64,000 nucleotides of DNA. Origin: Candidatus Woesearchaeota archaeon (GTDB lineage: Archaea > Nanobdellota > Nanobdellia > Woesearchaeales > 21-14-0-10-32-9). The stretch lies in the NCBI GenBank assembly GCA_021736975.1, contig JAIPET010000001.1, positions 26,147-90,146 on the forward strand, in the 5' to 3' direction. This document shows, one piece after another, positions 1-9,580 of this stretch. A program made the position numbers and the translations under genes. The notes under the pieces are model-generated. The model made no database searches. It was not told the DNA's origin and saw nothing but the letters and a program-made list of their open reading frames with translations. Position 1 is the stretch's first letter. The number at the start of each line of letters is the position of its first letter.

Positions 1-292
1 CTGTATTTTTATCCAAGAAAAAAAAGTGCATCTGAGATTTATAATTACATATCAAGATATTCTCAGAAAAATGGAGTGAAAGGTCCGAAAGCATTAGGGC
101 ATATTCTAAGTAAGTTTCCTGTAGATACAGATCTTACAGTGGTCAGTACAATGACTGGAACTAGGATTGTAAATAGTAGGTACATTAGACTTTATGTTTT
201 GCATAAGTCTTTTGTGATGAAATATTATAAAGAAAAAAATGAGTTAATTAAATTATCAAAGAAAAAGTCTCAGACCACTGCTAAGAAGAAAA

Positions 293-2392
293 ATGTCCGA
301 AGCTCCAGCAAAAAAAGATAAGTCAGTAATGGTACTTTCAAAAGTACATAGTGGCAGTAGGCAAACTGCTCTCACAGTAGATTATTCTACAGTTAATTAT
401 ACTAAATTAGAAACTATTTACAAAACCGATCAAATGCTTTTTCAAGCTGTCAACATCATCAGTAATTTTGCTATTTCTAAAGGGTATGAATTTATTATTG
501 ATGAGAATGTCAAAGAACAGATTGATCAAAGGGAAATCATATCTGACTTTGATTCAAAAGTAAATTTACCTAAACTTCTTACTGATGTTGTTAGACATTT
601 ACACATTTATGGTAATGCATATCTTGAGATTGTTTTCTCAAAAACTGAAAAAGATAAAGTTGTAGATCTTGTCTTAATTGATCCAAAAACTATCGAGTTT
701 AAGAAAACAGGTGCAGGAGAAATAGATCTTGATGATCAAGGCAAGATTAAAGGGTATGTTCAGAAAGTTGGAACTAAGACAATCGACTTAGATCCTGGTC
801 AAGTAATTCATTTCAGAATAAATACAATCGCTGATTCATTAACTGGTACTGGAATTATTGAGCCAGTCACTAAACTTATTGAAGCTAAAAGAAATATTGA
901 GCTAGGTCTTGCTGAATCCGTTTACAGACATGGCTTTCCTCAATTTCATGTTAAATTAGGAGATAAAGAACATCAACCAGAATCAGAACAGGTTGAAGAA
1001 GAAAGTGAGAAATATAAAAAGATTAATTCTAAATCTGAATTTGTTACGCCTTATTATTATGAGATTAAAGTTCTTGAAGCGCCATCTCTAAAAGGAGGAG
1101 AAGGTTATCTGAAATATTTTATTGATCAAATAGTTGCAGGTACTGGAGTTCCTAAAACTATTCTGCTTGGCACAGGAGAGAATACTAATAGAGCATCTTC
1201 TCAAACTGAGCAACAGAATTTCTTCTTATACATTGGAGGAATACAATCTCTCGTTTCTTCAGTATTAGAAAAAGAGTTATTTACAAAGATATTGAAAGTT
1301 GAAGAAAATACTGTTAGAATTCAATTTAATTCTTTACAATCAAAGACTGATCTTGAACTTGCACAAGAAAGGGAAATCTATCTGAAGTATGGAGTTGTTA
1401 CTCCTGATGAAGTCAGGCAAGAGATGGGCTTAGATCCTATTTCTTCACCCCCAAAAGAAAATAGCCAAGACATCTCTAATGTTTCATCAGGAGATTTTTT
1501 TAATTCAGATGACTTTTTAGGAAATGAAGATTTAATGATTGTGGAAGATGAAGATTTTAATGATGTCTTTATGCCTTATGCTCAGAAGTTTGCAGGATCT
1601 GATGCTAGTATCATGGAAGCACCGGGTGTTTTAGAAGTGTTAGGTCAACCAATTAAATCTAGATTTATCAAAGATGAACACATACTTATACATAGAGCTA
1701 ATAAGATCTTTGACAAGATAAGAAAGAAATTCTTAAAAGAGATTGATGGGAGATATGATATTAAAGATGATCTTGACAAACTCAAAGCTGAAGATATTAT
1801 TATTGATTCTGAACTACTTGCTCCTGAAAGAGATGCATTAGCAGCTGCAATATTTCTGGACTCTAAAAAGAAATTCAAACAAGGAATAAACTTGGGAGAG
1901 AAGTTTATCAAGAAAAATAATCCTGTTGTTGCAGGAATCAAGATTAAAAGTACAGTTCATGAGCCAGCACTTAAAGCATTAGATCTTTCTTCTTCTAAAC
2001 TTGCAGGTAAGGTTAGTGATGATTTGTTAAGGGAAACACAAAGAGTTCTACGTGAAGGTATTCAAGCAAGAAAAGGAGTAACTCAATTGAAAGAAGATAT
2101 TGAAACTGTATTTGAAAAGTTTGGAGGAACAAGTGGAAGATTCAATAAGATGGGAACTAGATCTGAATTAATTGCTAGAACTGAATTACAAAGATCTTTC
2201 ATTAATGGGAATATTCAAAGTTTCAAGGATCTAAAAGTTAAAACACTTAGAATGGTTACATTACCTGGTGCTTGTGAACAATGTTTAGAAGCTTCACCTG
2301 ATAATCAAGTAGTGCCGATTGATTTATCAGATGGAATTCTTCCAATTCATCCTAGATGCAGATGTGGCTGGTTTGCTAATAGTTTTAGTTAG
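293..2392 (+). CDS. phage portal protein fused to a Mu-gpF/SPP1-gp7-like head morphogenesis domain
   Basis: 699-aa ORF opening the structural module; the C-terminal ...HPRCRCGWF motif is typical of the Mu F family; too long for a portal alone. Confidence 0.45.
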   Translation: MSEAPAKKDKSVMVLSKVHSGSRQTALTVDYSTVNYTKLETIYKTDQMLFQAVNIISNFAISKGYEFIIDENVKEQIDQREIISDFDSKVNLPKLLTDVVRHLHIYGNAYLEIVFSKTEKDKVVDLVLIDPKTIEFKKTGAGEIDLDDQGKIKGYVQKVGTKTIDLDPGQVIHFRINTIADSLTGTGIIEPVTKLIEAKRNIELGLAESVYRHGFPQFHVKLGDKEHQPESEQVEEESEKYKKINSKSEFVTPYYYEIKVLEAPSLKGGEGYLKYFIDQIVAGTGVPKTILLGTGENTNRASSQTEQQNFFLYIGGIQSLVSSVLEKELFTKILKVEENTVRIQFNSLQSKTDLELAQEREIYLKYGVVTPDEVRQEMGLDPISSPPKENSQDISNVSSGDFFNSDDFLGNEDLMIVEDEDFNDVFMPYAQKFAGSDASIMEAPGVLEVLGQPIKSRFIKDEHILIHRANKIFDKIRKKFLKEIDGRYDIKDDLDKLKAEDIIIDSELLAPERDALAAAIFLDSKKKFKQGINLGEKFIKKNNPVVAGIKIKSTVHEPALKALDLSSSKLAGKVSDDLLRETQRVLREGIQARKGVTQLKEDIETVFEKFGGTSGRFNKMGTRSELIARTELQRSFINGNIQSFKDLKVKTLRMVTLPGACEQCLEASPDNQVVPIDLSDGILPIHPRCRCGWFANSFS

Positions 2393-2405
2393 TAGGTGAT
2401 CGTTA

Positions 2406-3246
2406 TTGAAATATTTCTCTATGTTTTCTGGAGTGGGAGGATTTGAAATTGGGATCAAAAAAGCAATACCAAAAGCAAAATGTATCGGATTCTCAGAAGT
2501 TGATACATACTCAGTTCAAATATATCAAAAGCACTTTCCAAAGCACAAGAATTTTGGTGATGCAACAAAAATCAACCCAAAAGACATACCTAACTTTGAT
2601 TTATTATGTGCAGGATTTCCTTGTCAAGCATTCAGCATTGCTGGAAAAAGGAAAGGTTTCGAAGATTCAAGAGGCACTTTGTTTTTTGAGATTGAAAGAA
2701 TTCTTAAAAGCAAAAAACCTGATTATTTACTCCTCGAAAACGTTAAAGGCCTACTCAGTCACAAACAAGGGAAAACTTTTGCCTACATTTTACAACGGCT
2801 GGATGAATTGGGGTATTGTATTGAATGGATGGTTCTTAACAGCAAGGATTTCAAAGTTCCCCAAAACAGAGAAAGAGTGTACATTATTGGATATCATAGA
2901 GAAAAATCCAAAAGAAAAATATTACCTTACGGATCAAACATTGAAATATTTAATAAAGCGAATCCGAAAGGGTTGGAACTCCAATATGATGGAGATTATC
3001 AAAGCAAAAGAATCTATTCTATATCAGGAGTTGCTCCAACAATACCCACAAGCAAATCAGGAGGAAATCATATTCCGTTTATTTCAGAAATACATTAGAC
3101 GATTGACTCCATTAGAAACTGAACGAGCTCAAGGGTTTCCAGATAACTGGACAAAAGGAGTCTCTGAAACACAAAGATATTCTATGATGGGGAATGCAGT
3201 AACAGTTAATGTAATTAAAGAAATACTTTCTAAAATAAAAAAATAA
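2406..3246 (+). CDS. DNA (cytosine-5)-methyltransferase, interrupted by an apparent frameshift near 3070-3100
   Basis: Motif I FSGVGGF, motif IV GFPCQAFS and motif VI ENVKGL lie in the frame of 2406..3098; motifs IX/X IRRLTPLETERAQGFPDNW...GNAV continue in the overlapping +1 frame ORF 2443..3246. Confidence 0.8.
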
Positions 3247-3277
3247 AAGGTGTCTCAGCCCACTTAGCCTGACTATT

Positions 3278-3366
3278 CCGACAAACCGGCCATTATTGTT
3301 TAGATTATTGTTGCCGTTGAGACCGTTATAATTATTGTTAAGGAACAGGACACGGCCCCAAGAGTA
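3278..3366 (-). repeat. DGR template repeat (TR), non-coding
   Basis: About 89 bp homologous to the 3' ends of both target genes; every difference from the VRs falls where the TR has T on the + strand (A on the coding strand); TR codons in the VR frame are mostly AAT/AAC and a stop codon is present. Confidence 0.8.
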
Positions 3367-3561
3367 GCCATTTCACTTTCTGGAAAGCCACCACCACTTC
3401 ACACATTAGGTGTCGTGGTTGTATTTTATAACAGCTAGGCTGTCATAGTGAAACGACGTGTAGTTCCAAGCTACTTCATTGCTTTTAATAAAGCAGCTGA
3501 GACAAAGTAGTAAGAATATATCTTATATAAAAACGTTTTTGTTTTCAGATTCTTTGGATGA

Positions 3562-4464
3562 TTATTTTCGCGCGCTTGGCGCCTCCGGCGCTACCCCGAC
3601 AAACCGGCCACCACCGTATAGATTATCGTCGCCGCCGAGACCGCCATAATCACTGTACAGGAACAGGACACGGCCCTGAGGAGTACTAGCATCACGACCA
3701 CCAAAAGGATGATAACAACCTAAGGTATCATCAGACGTGTCTTTTGCTCTTTCAAAGTATTCTTCTAAATTTTGCATTCCTGCGTTTCTTGCCATCACTA
3801 AAGAATTTGCTAAAAACTCCCTTTTTTTAACATAAGTAGATTCAGTATTCTGAGCTACTGAGTAAGGCATTACAATTCCAAACTGATGAGGTAAATCAGA
3901 AACACCTTTTTTAATTTCATCATCAAAATGATATAATTTAATTCCAGAGCCATCAGGAAGTTTACCATCCAGTAAATCATCAAACTCTTGATTTGTATAT
4001 TTAGCACTACCACTTACTAATCCTTCATCATAAGCTTGTTTAATACGTTTAGGAGTTAGTATTCCTCCGCCATTAACTAAAACTAAGACTGGTTCATTAG
4101 CACCATAAAATCTTCCCTTTTGATCAATTCCGATGTTTTCTTCTGTGTGAACAGTAAGCCAATTTTTATAAAAATCATGATTCTTTCCAGCTTTAACTTT
4201 GGCTGCAATAAGTTCAGGCATTGTAGCAACATAACCAGTACTTCCAGCATGTTCTAAAGCTTGTTGCAAAGCATCAGCAAGATTGCCATCATAAAACATC
4301 TTGCCTTTTAATATATCATTAATATTAACCATGTTTTGAGGCATAGCAGGTTGAGTTCTATTTGGGTTATTAACAGGTTGCCTTAAAGGTATTTCTTGTC
4401 CAGGAATCCAACCAGTAGCTTGAATGAATTTCTCCAAATCTTTATCAGGAATTATTCGAGTCAT
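3562..4464 (-). CDS. DGR variable (target) protein 1 with C-terminal variable region
   Basis: 300 aa; paralog of 6465..7385 with identical N- and C-terminal ends (MTRIIPDKDLEKFIQATGWIPGQEIP...FVGVAPEAPSARK); VR lies at the 3' end. Confidence 0.75.
   Translation of the reverse strand: MTRIIPDKDLEKFIQATGWIPGQEIPLRQPVNNPNRTQPAMPQNMVNINDILKGKMFYDGNLADALQQALEHAGSTGYVATMPELIAAKVKAGKNHDFYKNWLTVHTEENIGIDQKGRFYGANEPVLVLVNGGGILTPKRIKQAYDEGLVSGSAKYTNQEFDDLLDGKLPDGSGIKLYHFDDEIKKGVSDLPHQFGIVMPYSVAQNTESTYVKKREFLANSLVMARNAGMQNLEEYFERAKDTSDDTLGCYHPFGGRDASTPQGRVLFLYSDYGGLGGDDNLYGGGRFVGVAPEAPSARK
3568..3597 (-). promoter_or_regulatory. GC-rich IMH-like element with hairpin (GCGCC-TCC-GGCGC) at the VR1 3' boundary
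   Basis: tcgcgcgcttggcgcctccggcgctacccc is identical at both VRs and absent from the TR (TR has tagcctgactattcc instead); contains a short palindromic stem. Confidence 0.5.
3596..3685 (-). repeat. DGR variable region VR1
   Basis: Aligns to TR 3278..3366; 14 substitutions at TR-adenine positions, one elsewhere, and one indel at the 5' edge. Confidence 0.75.
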
Positions 4465-6449
4465 TTTGAAAGTAACACCTCCAGTCCAGCCTGAAGCATT
4501 TTATCCTTATCGTGAACAGGATGATAAACAATGTTAGGATCATTTCTTACGGCATTTCCTAGATCATAAGTTCCACCAATTTCAAAAAGTACAACATGAT
4601 TATTAGGATTACTTGCTATTTCTTTCATTTTCTTGGCTTCTCTTTGTGTTCGACCATCAATAACTAAACTACCATCAGTTACAACAACATATGTTCTTTG
4701 CTGTCCATCACGATAATTTGTGATACTGATATCTTCTTCATCATAACCATTATTAGGCTTAAACAAAGCACCTAAAGGTCCTGTTTCTCCTTTCCAAAAT
4801 TGATCAACAGTTACAATATCTGAACTTACTTGAGAATTACCAAAATTATGAATTCTCATTTTTGTTTGTTTACCCACCTGCTTTTCTCCTTGATGTAAAG
4901 CATCAACAAAACCATACATGACATGACTTAACATATCCCATCTACTTCCGTCATTTACTTTATATCTGCCAGCAGTACCGCCAAACATACTTCCTGAACT
5001 GTCAAGATAAAACTCAACCATATCAGGAACATTCATATGAGCATCAACATAAACAATATCTTTAAGATCTCGCTCTTTTAATTCATACTCGTTAAGTCTA
5101 TAAGTGCTATTTCCTATATCCATAAGCCATGGCAAACGAGTTTTCTTTTGTAAAGTACTGATTCTTCCAAGATTTACTCTACTTAATTGGTCTTCGGTAA
5201 GGACAGTACTCTTCTTTAGATTCCAATATTCTTGTTTTCCAACTATAACACTCTCGCCAACTTTTTGACCTCCAAGAATTTGAACCTTAGGATGATTTCG
5301 TTTGTAAAATTCATGTGTAGCTAAAACATCAAGATTTTTCATCTCATCAGCACTAGAATCTTTACTGCCAGGTTTTTTATTATCAACATCTTGAGGAAGT
5401 TGCATCTGAGATGCAGCTTGTTGTAAATCACCATCACTTTCTTGAGCTAATCCTTGAACGAATTGTTGTTGTTCAACAGGCGTCATGTCATCTAATAAAT
5501 CTTGTAAAATATTTTGAGGTGAAGCACCGCTACCAGCACCTTGCATATCAGGTCTTCCTTGAGGCATTCCTTTCTGAACATAAGGACCTAATACAGCCAT
5601 AAAACGTTCAATACCTTTATATCTATCATCTCCAGAAAAAACCTCTCTAATATCACTAACATAGGCTTGAACACGCTCATAATTCTCTTGATCAGAACCA
5701 CTTCCAAATAAAGATTTAGCTCTATCGACTAACGAAGCTCCTTTTGATTTAGGTAAATCAACAGATTGACCAATTAAACTACCTAAAGCTTTCTCAGCAA
5801 CAGCAACTCCTTCTTTGCCAGATTTACCTTCAAAGAAGCCATGAGTGCTTGCAGGACCGTACATAACACCATACAAGAATCTTGTAACAGTATAAAAATT
5901 AGTTTCAGAAGGAGAATCTTGTAATTCTAACAAGTCCCAAGTAGGAATAATATCATCTCTAACATACTCTCCTTTTTTATTATCTAATGCGAAACGATTA
6001 TCTAAAATAAAATCTTTAACTCCATTTTGAGATGCTTGAACCTTAACTACTTGTTCAAGTGGACTAAGATTTGGTTCAGCTTTTACAACACCACGTCTAA
6101 TGGATTGGTGGATTAATTTGTTATCATTATTTTCTCCTTCAACACTAAAAGGAGCTTCAATAGGATGATAAAGTTCATGATGTAATAAGTAATGTAAAGT
6201 CTCTTTTGCTAATTCTTCAGGAGTTCCATCCCAATACTTAGCAACAACATCTTCAAACTTTTGAGCTAAATTATTATCTTGAGAAATTTCTGCATAAATT
6301 CTTTTAAGATCAGTTGAAAATGTCCAGTCACGACCATTTTGTGCAACTCTTCGAATAACAGGAGTATCACTACGTAAAGGAAAGTCTCTCCTGACGTCAT
6401 CACGCCAGTCACGTTCAGCTTCATTAAGAAGCAATTGCATATCTTTCAT
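4461..6449 (-). CDS. VWA-domain (MIDAS) protein with N-terminal HExxH metallopeptidase-like motif
   Basis: DSSGSM MIDAS motif followed by DG/VVTDG stretches in the C-terminal third; HHELYH near the N-terminus; lies between the two DGR targets in one operon. Confidence 0.5.
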   Translation of the reverse strand: MKDMQLLLNEAERDWRDDVRRDFPLRSDTPVIRRVAQNGRDWTFSTDLKRIYAEISQDNNLAQKFEDVVAKYWDGTPEELAKETLHYLLHHELYHPIEAPFSVEGENNDNKLIHQSIRRGVVKAEPNLSPLEQVVKVQASQNGVKDFILDNRFALDNKKGEYVRDDIIPTWDLLELQDSPSETNFYTVTRFLYGVMYGPASTHGFFEGKSGKEGVAVAEKALGSLIGQSVDLPKSKGASLVDRAKSLFGSGSDQENYERVQAYVSDIREVFSGDDRYKGIERFMAVLGPYVQKGMPQGRPDMQGAGSGASPQNILQDLLDDMTPVEQQQFVQGLAQESDGDLQQAASQMQLPQDVDNKKPGSKDSSADEMKNLDVLATHEFYKRNHPKVQILGGQKVGESVIVGKQEYWNLKKSTVLTEDQLSRVNLGRISTLQKKTRLPWLMDIGNSTYRLNEYELKERDLKDIVYVDAHMNVPDMVEFYLDSSGSMFGGTAGRYKVNDGSRWDMLSHVMYGFVDALHQGEKQVGKQTKMRIHNFGNSQVSSDIVTVDQFWKGETGPLGALFKPNNGYDEEDISITNYRDGQQRTYVVVTDGSLVIDGRTQREAKKMKEIASNPNNHVVLFEIGGTYDLGNAVRNDPNIVYHPVHDKDKMLQAGLEVLLSK

Positions 6450-6464
6450 TGTTTGATACCTTCT

Positions 6465-7385
6465 CTATTTTCGCGCGCTTGGCGCCTCCGGCGCTACCCC
6501 GACAAACCGGCCATAATTGTTAAGATAATTGGCGCCGCTGAGACCGAAATAACTATAGTTAAGGAACAGGACACGGCCCTGAGGAGTACTAGCATCACGA
6601 CCACCAAAAGGATGATAACAACCTAAATCACCATCACTTGCTTTTGCCATTTCATAATATGATTCTAAATTCTCAAGTCCTCCTGCTCGAGCAATAACTA
6701 AAGGATTTTTCATAAAATCTTTCTTTTGATGATAACCTGATTTAGTTCCTTGAGCTATAGAATAAGGCATAACAACACCAAACCTATGAGGTAAACCAGA
6801 AACACCATCTTTTATTTGTTCAAAAGAAAACAATTCAATCTGAGAACCATCAGCTAATTTACCATCTAACAGATTATCAAACTCTTGATTTTCATATCTC
6901 GCACTATTGCTAATTAAACCCTCACCATAGGCTTTCATAATTCTATCAGGTGTAAGTATTCCTCCACCATTAACAACTACTAAAACAGGCTCATTTGCAG
7001 AATAAAACCTACCTTTTTGATCAATTCCGATGTTTTCTTCAGTATGAACTGCATACCATTTTTGCCAAAAATCATGACTTTTTTCTGCTTTTAATTTAGC
7101 AGAAATAAGTTCGGGCATTGTGGCAACATAACCATCAGTTCCAACATAATCTAAAGCTTCACCTAAAGCAACTGCTAAACCAATATAATTACCATCTTTC
7201 TTTTTTTCACTAAAAAAAGTCTTTCCCTTCAAGATATCATCAATATTAACGATACTTTGAGAAGTAATGGGTTGTGTTCTATTTGGGTTATTAACAGGTT
7301 GTCTTACAGGTATTTCTTGTCCAGGAATCCAACCAGTAGCTTGAATGAATTTCTCCAAATCTTTATCAGGAATTATTCGAGTCAT
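6465..7385 (-). CDS. DGR variable (target) protein 2 with C-terminal variable region
   Basis: 306 aa paralog of 3562..4464; the C-terminal 30 residues differ only at VR positions. Confidence 0.75.
   Translation of the reverse strand: MTRIIPDKDLEKFIQATGWIPGQEIPVRQPVNNPNRTQPITSQSIVNIDDILKGKTFFSEKKKDGNYIGLAVALGEALDYVGTDGYVATMPELISAKLKAEKSHDFWQKWYAVHTEENIGIDQKGRFYSANEPVLVVVNGGGILTPDRIMKAYGEGLISNSARYENQEFDNLLDGKLADGSQIELFSFEQIKDGVSGLPHRFGVVMPYSIAQGTKSGYHQKKDFMKNPLVIARAGGLENLESYYEMAKASDGDLGCYHPFGGRDASTPQGRVLFLNYSYFGLSGANYLNNYGRFVGVAPEAPSARK
6471..6500 (-). promoter_or_regulatory. GC-rich IMH-like element, second copy
   Basis: Identical 30-mer to 3568..3597, immediately 3' of VR2. Confidence 0.5.
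6499..6588 (-). repeat. DGR variable region VR2
   Basis: Aligns to the TR; differences (T to A, G or C on the + strand) occur only at TR T positions. Confidence 0.75.
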
Positions 7386-7390
7386 TTTAT

Positions 7391-8980
7391 CTACCTCACA
7401 ATAGAACCTAACCTGTGCTCATAGATACTGCTTTGTCCTTTTTTAGATTGATAGATTTCTCCAAAAGCTTTTATTGCTTCAGGTCCTCTTTCTTTTAGAG
7501 CAGAAGAAATATCTCCCTCATATGACCTACTAAAATGATCAAGCACTACAAGGTCAGCTAACACTCTTGATCTCATTGTTGCTTGAGCTGCACTTGTTGC
7601 TTGAGTATTAAGTTGAGACATATTATGTTGTAAGAAATTAAGATATTCCTTAAATCCATGTTCTTGACCAACTTTAATGGCTCCTTGCCATGCAGCTTGT
7701 CTTAATCCATAACCTTCAGGAATTCCAGCACCCTTATGCATATCAGCATAAGCTGATCTAGCATCATTTACAAGAGCCATTAAACTACCATAATCAGTAC
7801 CTGTAATTGTCTTACTTTCTAAAATTACTCCAATTCCTGCAGTAACATCATTTAAACCAACAGATGCATCATACGAACCATCTTTTACTCCTTTAATAAA
7901 TCCAAGAAGTCGTGATAAATCTCTGATTTTTCTAAGATCACGTCTAACAAATCCGTGCTTTAATTTACCTTGTGCATCAAGAATCTTTCTATAATTATTA
8001 TCATCTCTAACTGAAAAGTTTGGAGTAACACCTGCTTGTTGTAGTAATTCAATATTTCTTTCAAATGTTTGTTTAGGATCATAACCTACATACCCAAGAG
8101 CTGCATCAATAAATTCTCTTGTTTGACCGTCAAGTTGAGATGGGAACTGCTCAGGGTCTGTTATAACTGGATAAACTTCTTTCCAGCTTCCTTTTACACC
8201 TGAACGTTTAGCAAATTCACTCCAAAACTGTTCGTGTAAATCTCCTGCTAATGTTTTTTCTAACTGACTTGAACCTGCTTCTGCAACTCCATTAGGAAAT
8301 TTGAATTTTAAGAATCTGTTTTCTCCTGCGATATCAAGGTCAAGTGCAGCACTATGTTCTGCATCCGCAGGGTTCATAGCAGCTAAGATAGCAAGTCCTT
8401 TGTAACTACCATCTTTTCCAGGAATAGGAAGCCTTAAGTAACCAGTATCTCCATTGACGTGTACTACGCCATCAACTACTTGAAATACTTCTTGACTATC
8501 TCCTCTGTTAATTTCATCAATAAATAATGCTCCGTATTTAGAACATTTTTCTTGGTCAATCCTTGTTTTTGGTACTCCATTCTCTAAAGTGGTTTTAGTA
8601 AAAGGTTCAAGAGCTGAACTGCCTAAAACTCCTCCACTTAGTCTAAGAGTGTAATGCCCATCAGGACCGAATACTGCATTGAATAAGGCATCACTCGTGT
8701 ACGTTTTTCCAACACCCGTTACACCTTCATAGAGTACGTGAAAATCATCAAAAAACATGGATGCAGTATCAATATCGAGTACTGTTACTTCGGTTGAATT
8801 TGGAGAAGGTAATCTTCCTTTTCCATTTAAAAATTTCACATCAACATTATCTCCTTCTGTAATCTCCATATAAGGCGTTGGAGATACAACGCCATCAAGT
8901 GTGTCATACAAAGTTTGAACGAAATGTTTTCTCATTTCCTTATGATCTTTTTTTTCAGTTGCCATTTTGTACTTCTCCAT
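7391..8980 (-). CDS. AAA+ ATPase, MoxR-like
   Basis: Walker A GVTGVGKT, Walker B ALFIDEINRGD; 529 aa; upstream in the same operon as the VWA protein and the DGR targets. Confidence 0.6.
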   Translation of the reverse strand: MEKYKMATEKKDHKEMRKHFVQTLYDTLDGVVSPTPYMEITEGDNVDVKFLNGKGRLPSPNSTEVTVLDIDTASMFFDDFHVLYEGVTGVGKTYTSDALFNAVFGPDGHYTLRLSGGVLGSSALEPFTKTTLENGVPKTRIDQEKCSKYGALFIDEINRGDSQEVFQVVDGVVHVNGDTGYLRLPIPGKDGSYKGLAILAAMNPADAEHSAALDLDIAGENRFLKFKFPNGVAEAGSSQLEKTLAGDLHEQFWSEFAKRSGVKGSWKEVYPVITDPEQFPSQLDGQTREFIDAALGYVGYDPKQTFERNIELLQQAGVTPNFSVRDDNNYRKILDAQGKLKHGFVRRDLRKIRDLSRLLGFIKGVKDGSYDASVGLNDVTAGIGVILESKTITGTDYGSLMALVNDARSAYADMHKGAGIPEGYGLRQAAWQGAIKVGQEHGFKEYLNFLQHNMSQLNTQATSAAQATMRSRVLADLVVLDHFSRSYEGDISSALKERGPEAIKAFGEIYQSKKGQSSIYEHRLGSIVR

Positions 8981-9281
8981 CTAGAATTTTTATTTTAATT
9001 TCAACAAGCGTTTTAGGTCTAAGTTTATCTCTTAGGAATGCAGGAATAATGATTATATTCTGAGCTCCTTGCTTGCTGATTTGTTTTGTTAGTGTAAATT
9101 CATTCATTATACATTCACCATATAAACCACATAATATTTACATGTTGTTACTATGTAGTAAGCACAACTACTATTTAAATCTTTCTATATTTAGTCACTT
9201 ATAAGTAGTCCTTATTTGCTTTAGTACTCTGTTATTTATAAAGAAATAGGTAATTCTTTAAAAAGTTCTCCAACATAAACA

Positions 9282-9476
9282 TTACTCTGTTATGGGGAAT
9301 TTTTCAATAATTATGAACTCTTTATCGCCTGATCTGACTGCACTAACTTGTACTTTACTGCCGCTCTTTAAACCAATAGCTTTAGCTTCACGAGTGACCA
9401 AAACTCCAATTCCATTCCCGTAAGTATTCAACTGTTTTACAGATCTTTCGATGATTTCTTTTTTTGAATCAGTCAT
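9282..9476 (-). CDS. AbrB/MazE-like swapped-hairpin DNA-binding protein
   Basis: 64 aa from the internal Met (MTDSKKEI...); NGIGVLVTREAKAIGLKSGSKVQV resembles an AbrB/SpoVT domain; divergent from the RT. Confidence 0.45.
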   Translation of the reverse strand: MTDSKKEIIERSVKQLNTYGNGIGVLVTREAKAIGLKSGSKVQVSAVRSGDKEFIIIEKFPITE

Positions 9477-9486
9477 ATATTGTATA

Positions 9487-9579
9487 ATACTGTATATAAC
9501 TAATAAACACAGTATTATACTGTATATTACATATCCTTTGAACAACGTTAATAAATAAATGTAAGATACTGTATATTAC
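9487..9579. promoter_or_regulatory. three direct repeats ATACTGTATATWAC in the AbrB/RT divergent promoter region
   Basis: Copies at 9487-9500, 9517-9530 and 9565-9579, the last abutting the RT ATG; a partial inverted copy lies at 9508-9520. Confidence 0.5.
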
Positions 9580-9580
9580 T

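Noticed and set aside
76-321. 81-aa ORF at the window start
   Set aside because: No RBS or promoter context. It overlaps the portal start. It could be a remnant of an upstream gene cut by the window edge.
9487-9579. LexA/SOS box, from the CTGT-containing repeats (TACTGTATAT)
   Set aside because: The CTGT-N8-ACAG spacing of SOS boxes is not met. The host appears archaeal. More likely they are operators for the adjacent AbrB-like or RT genes.
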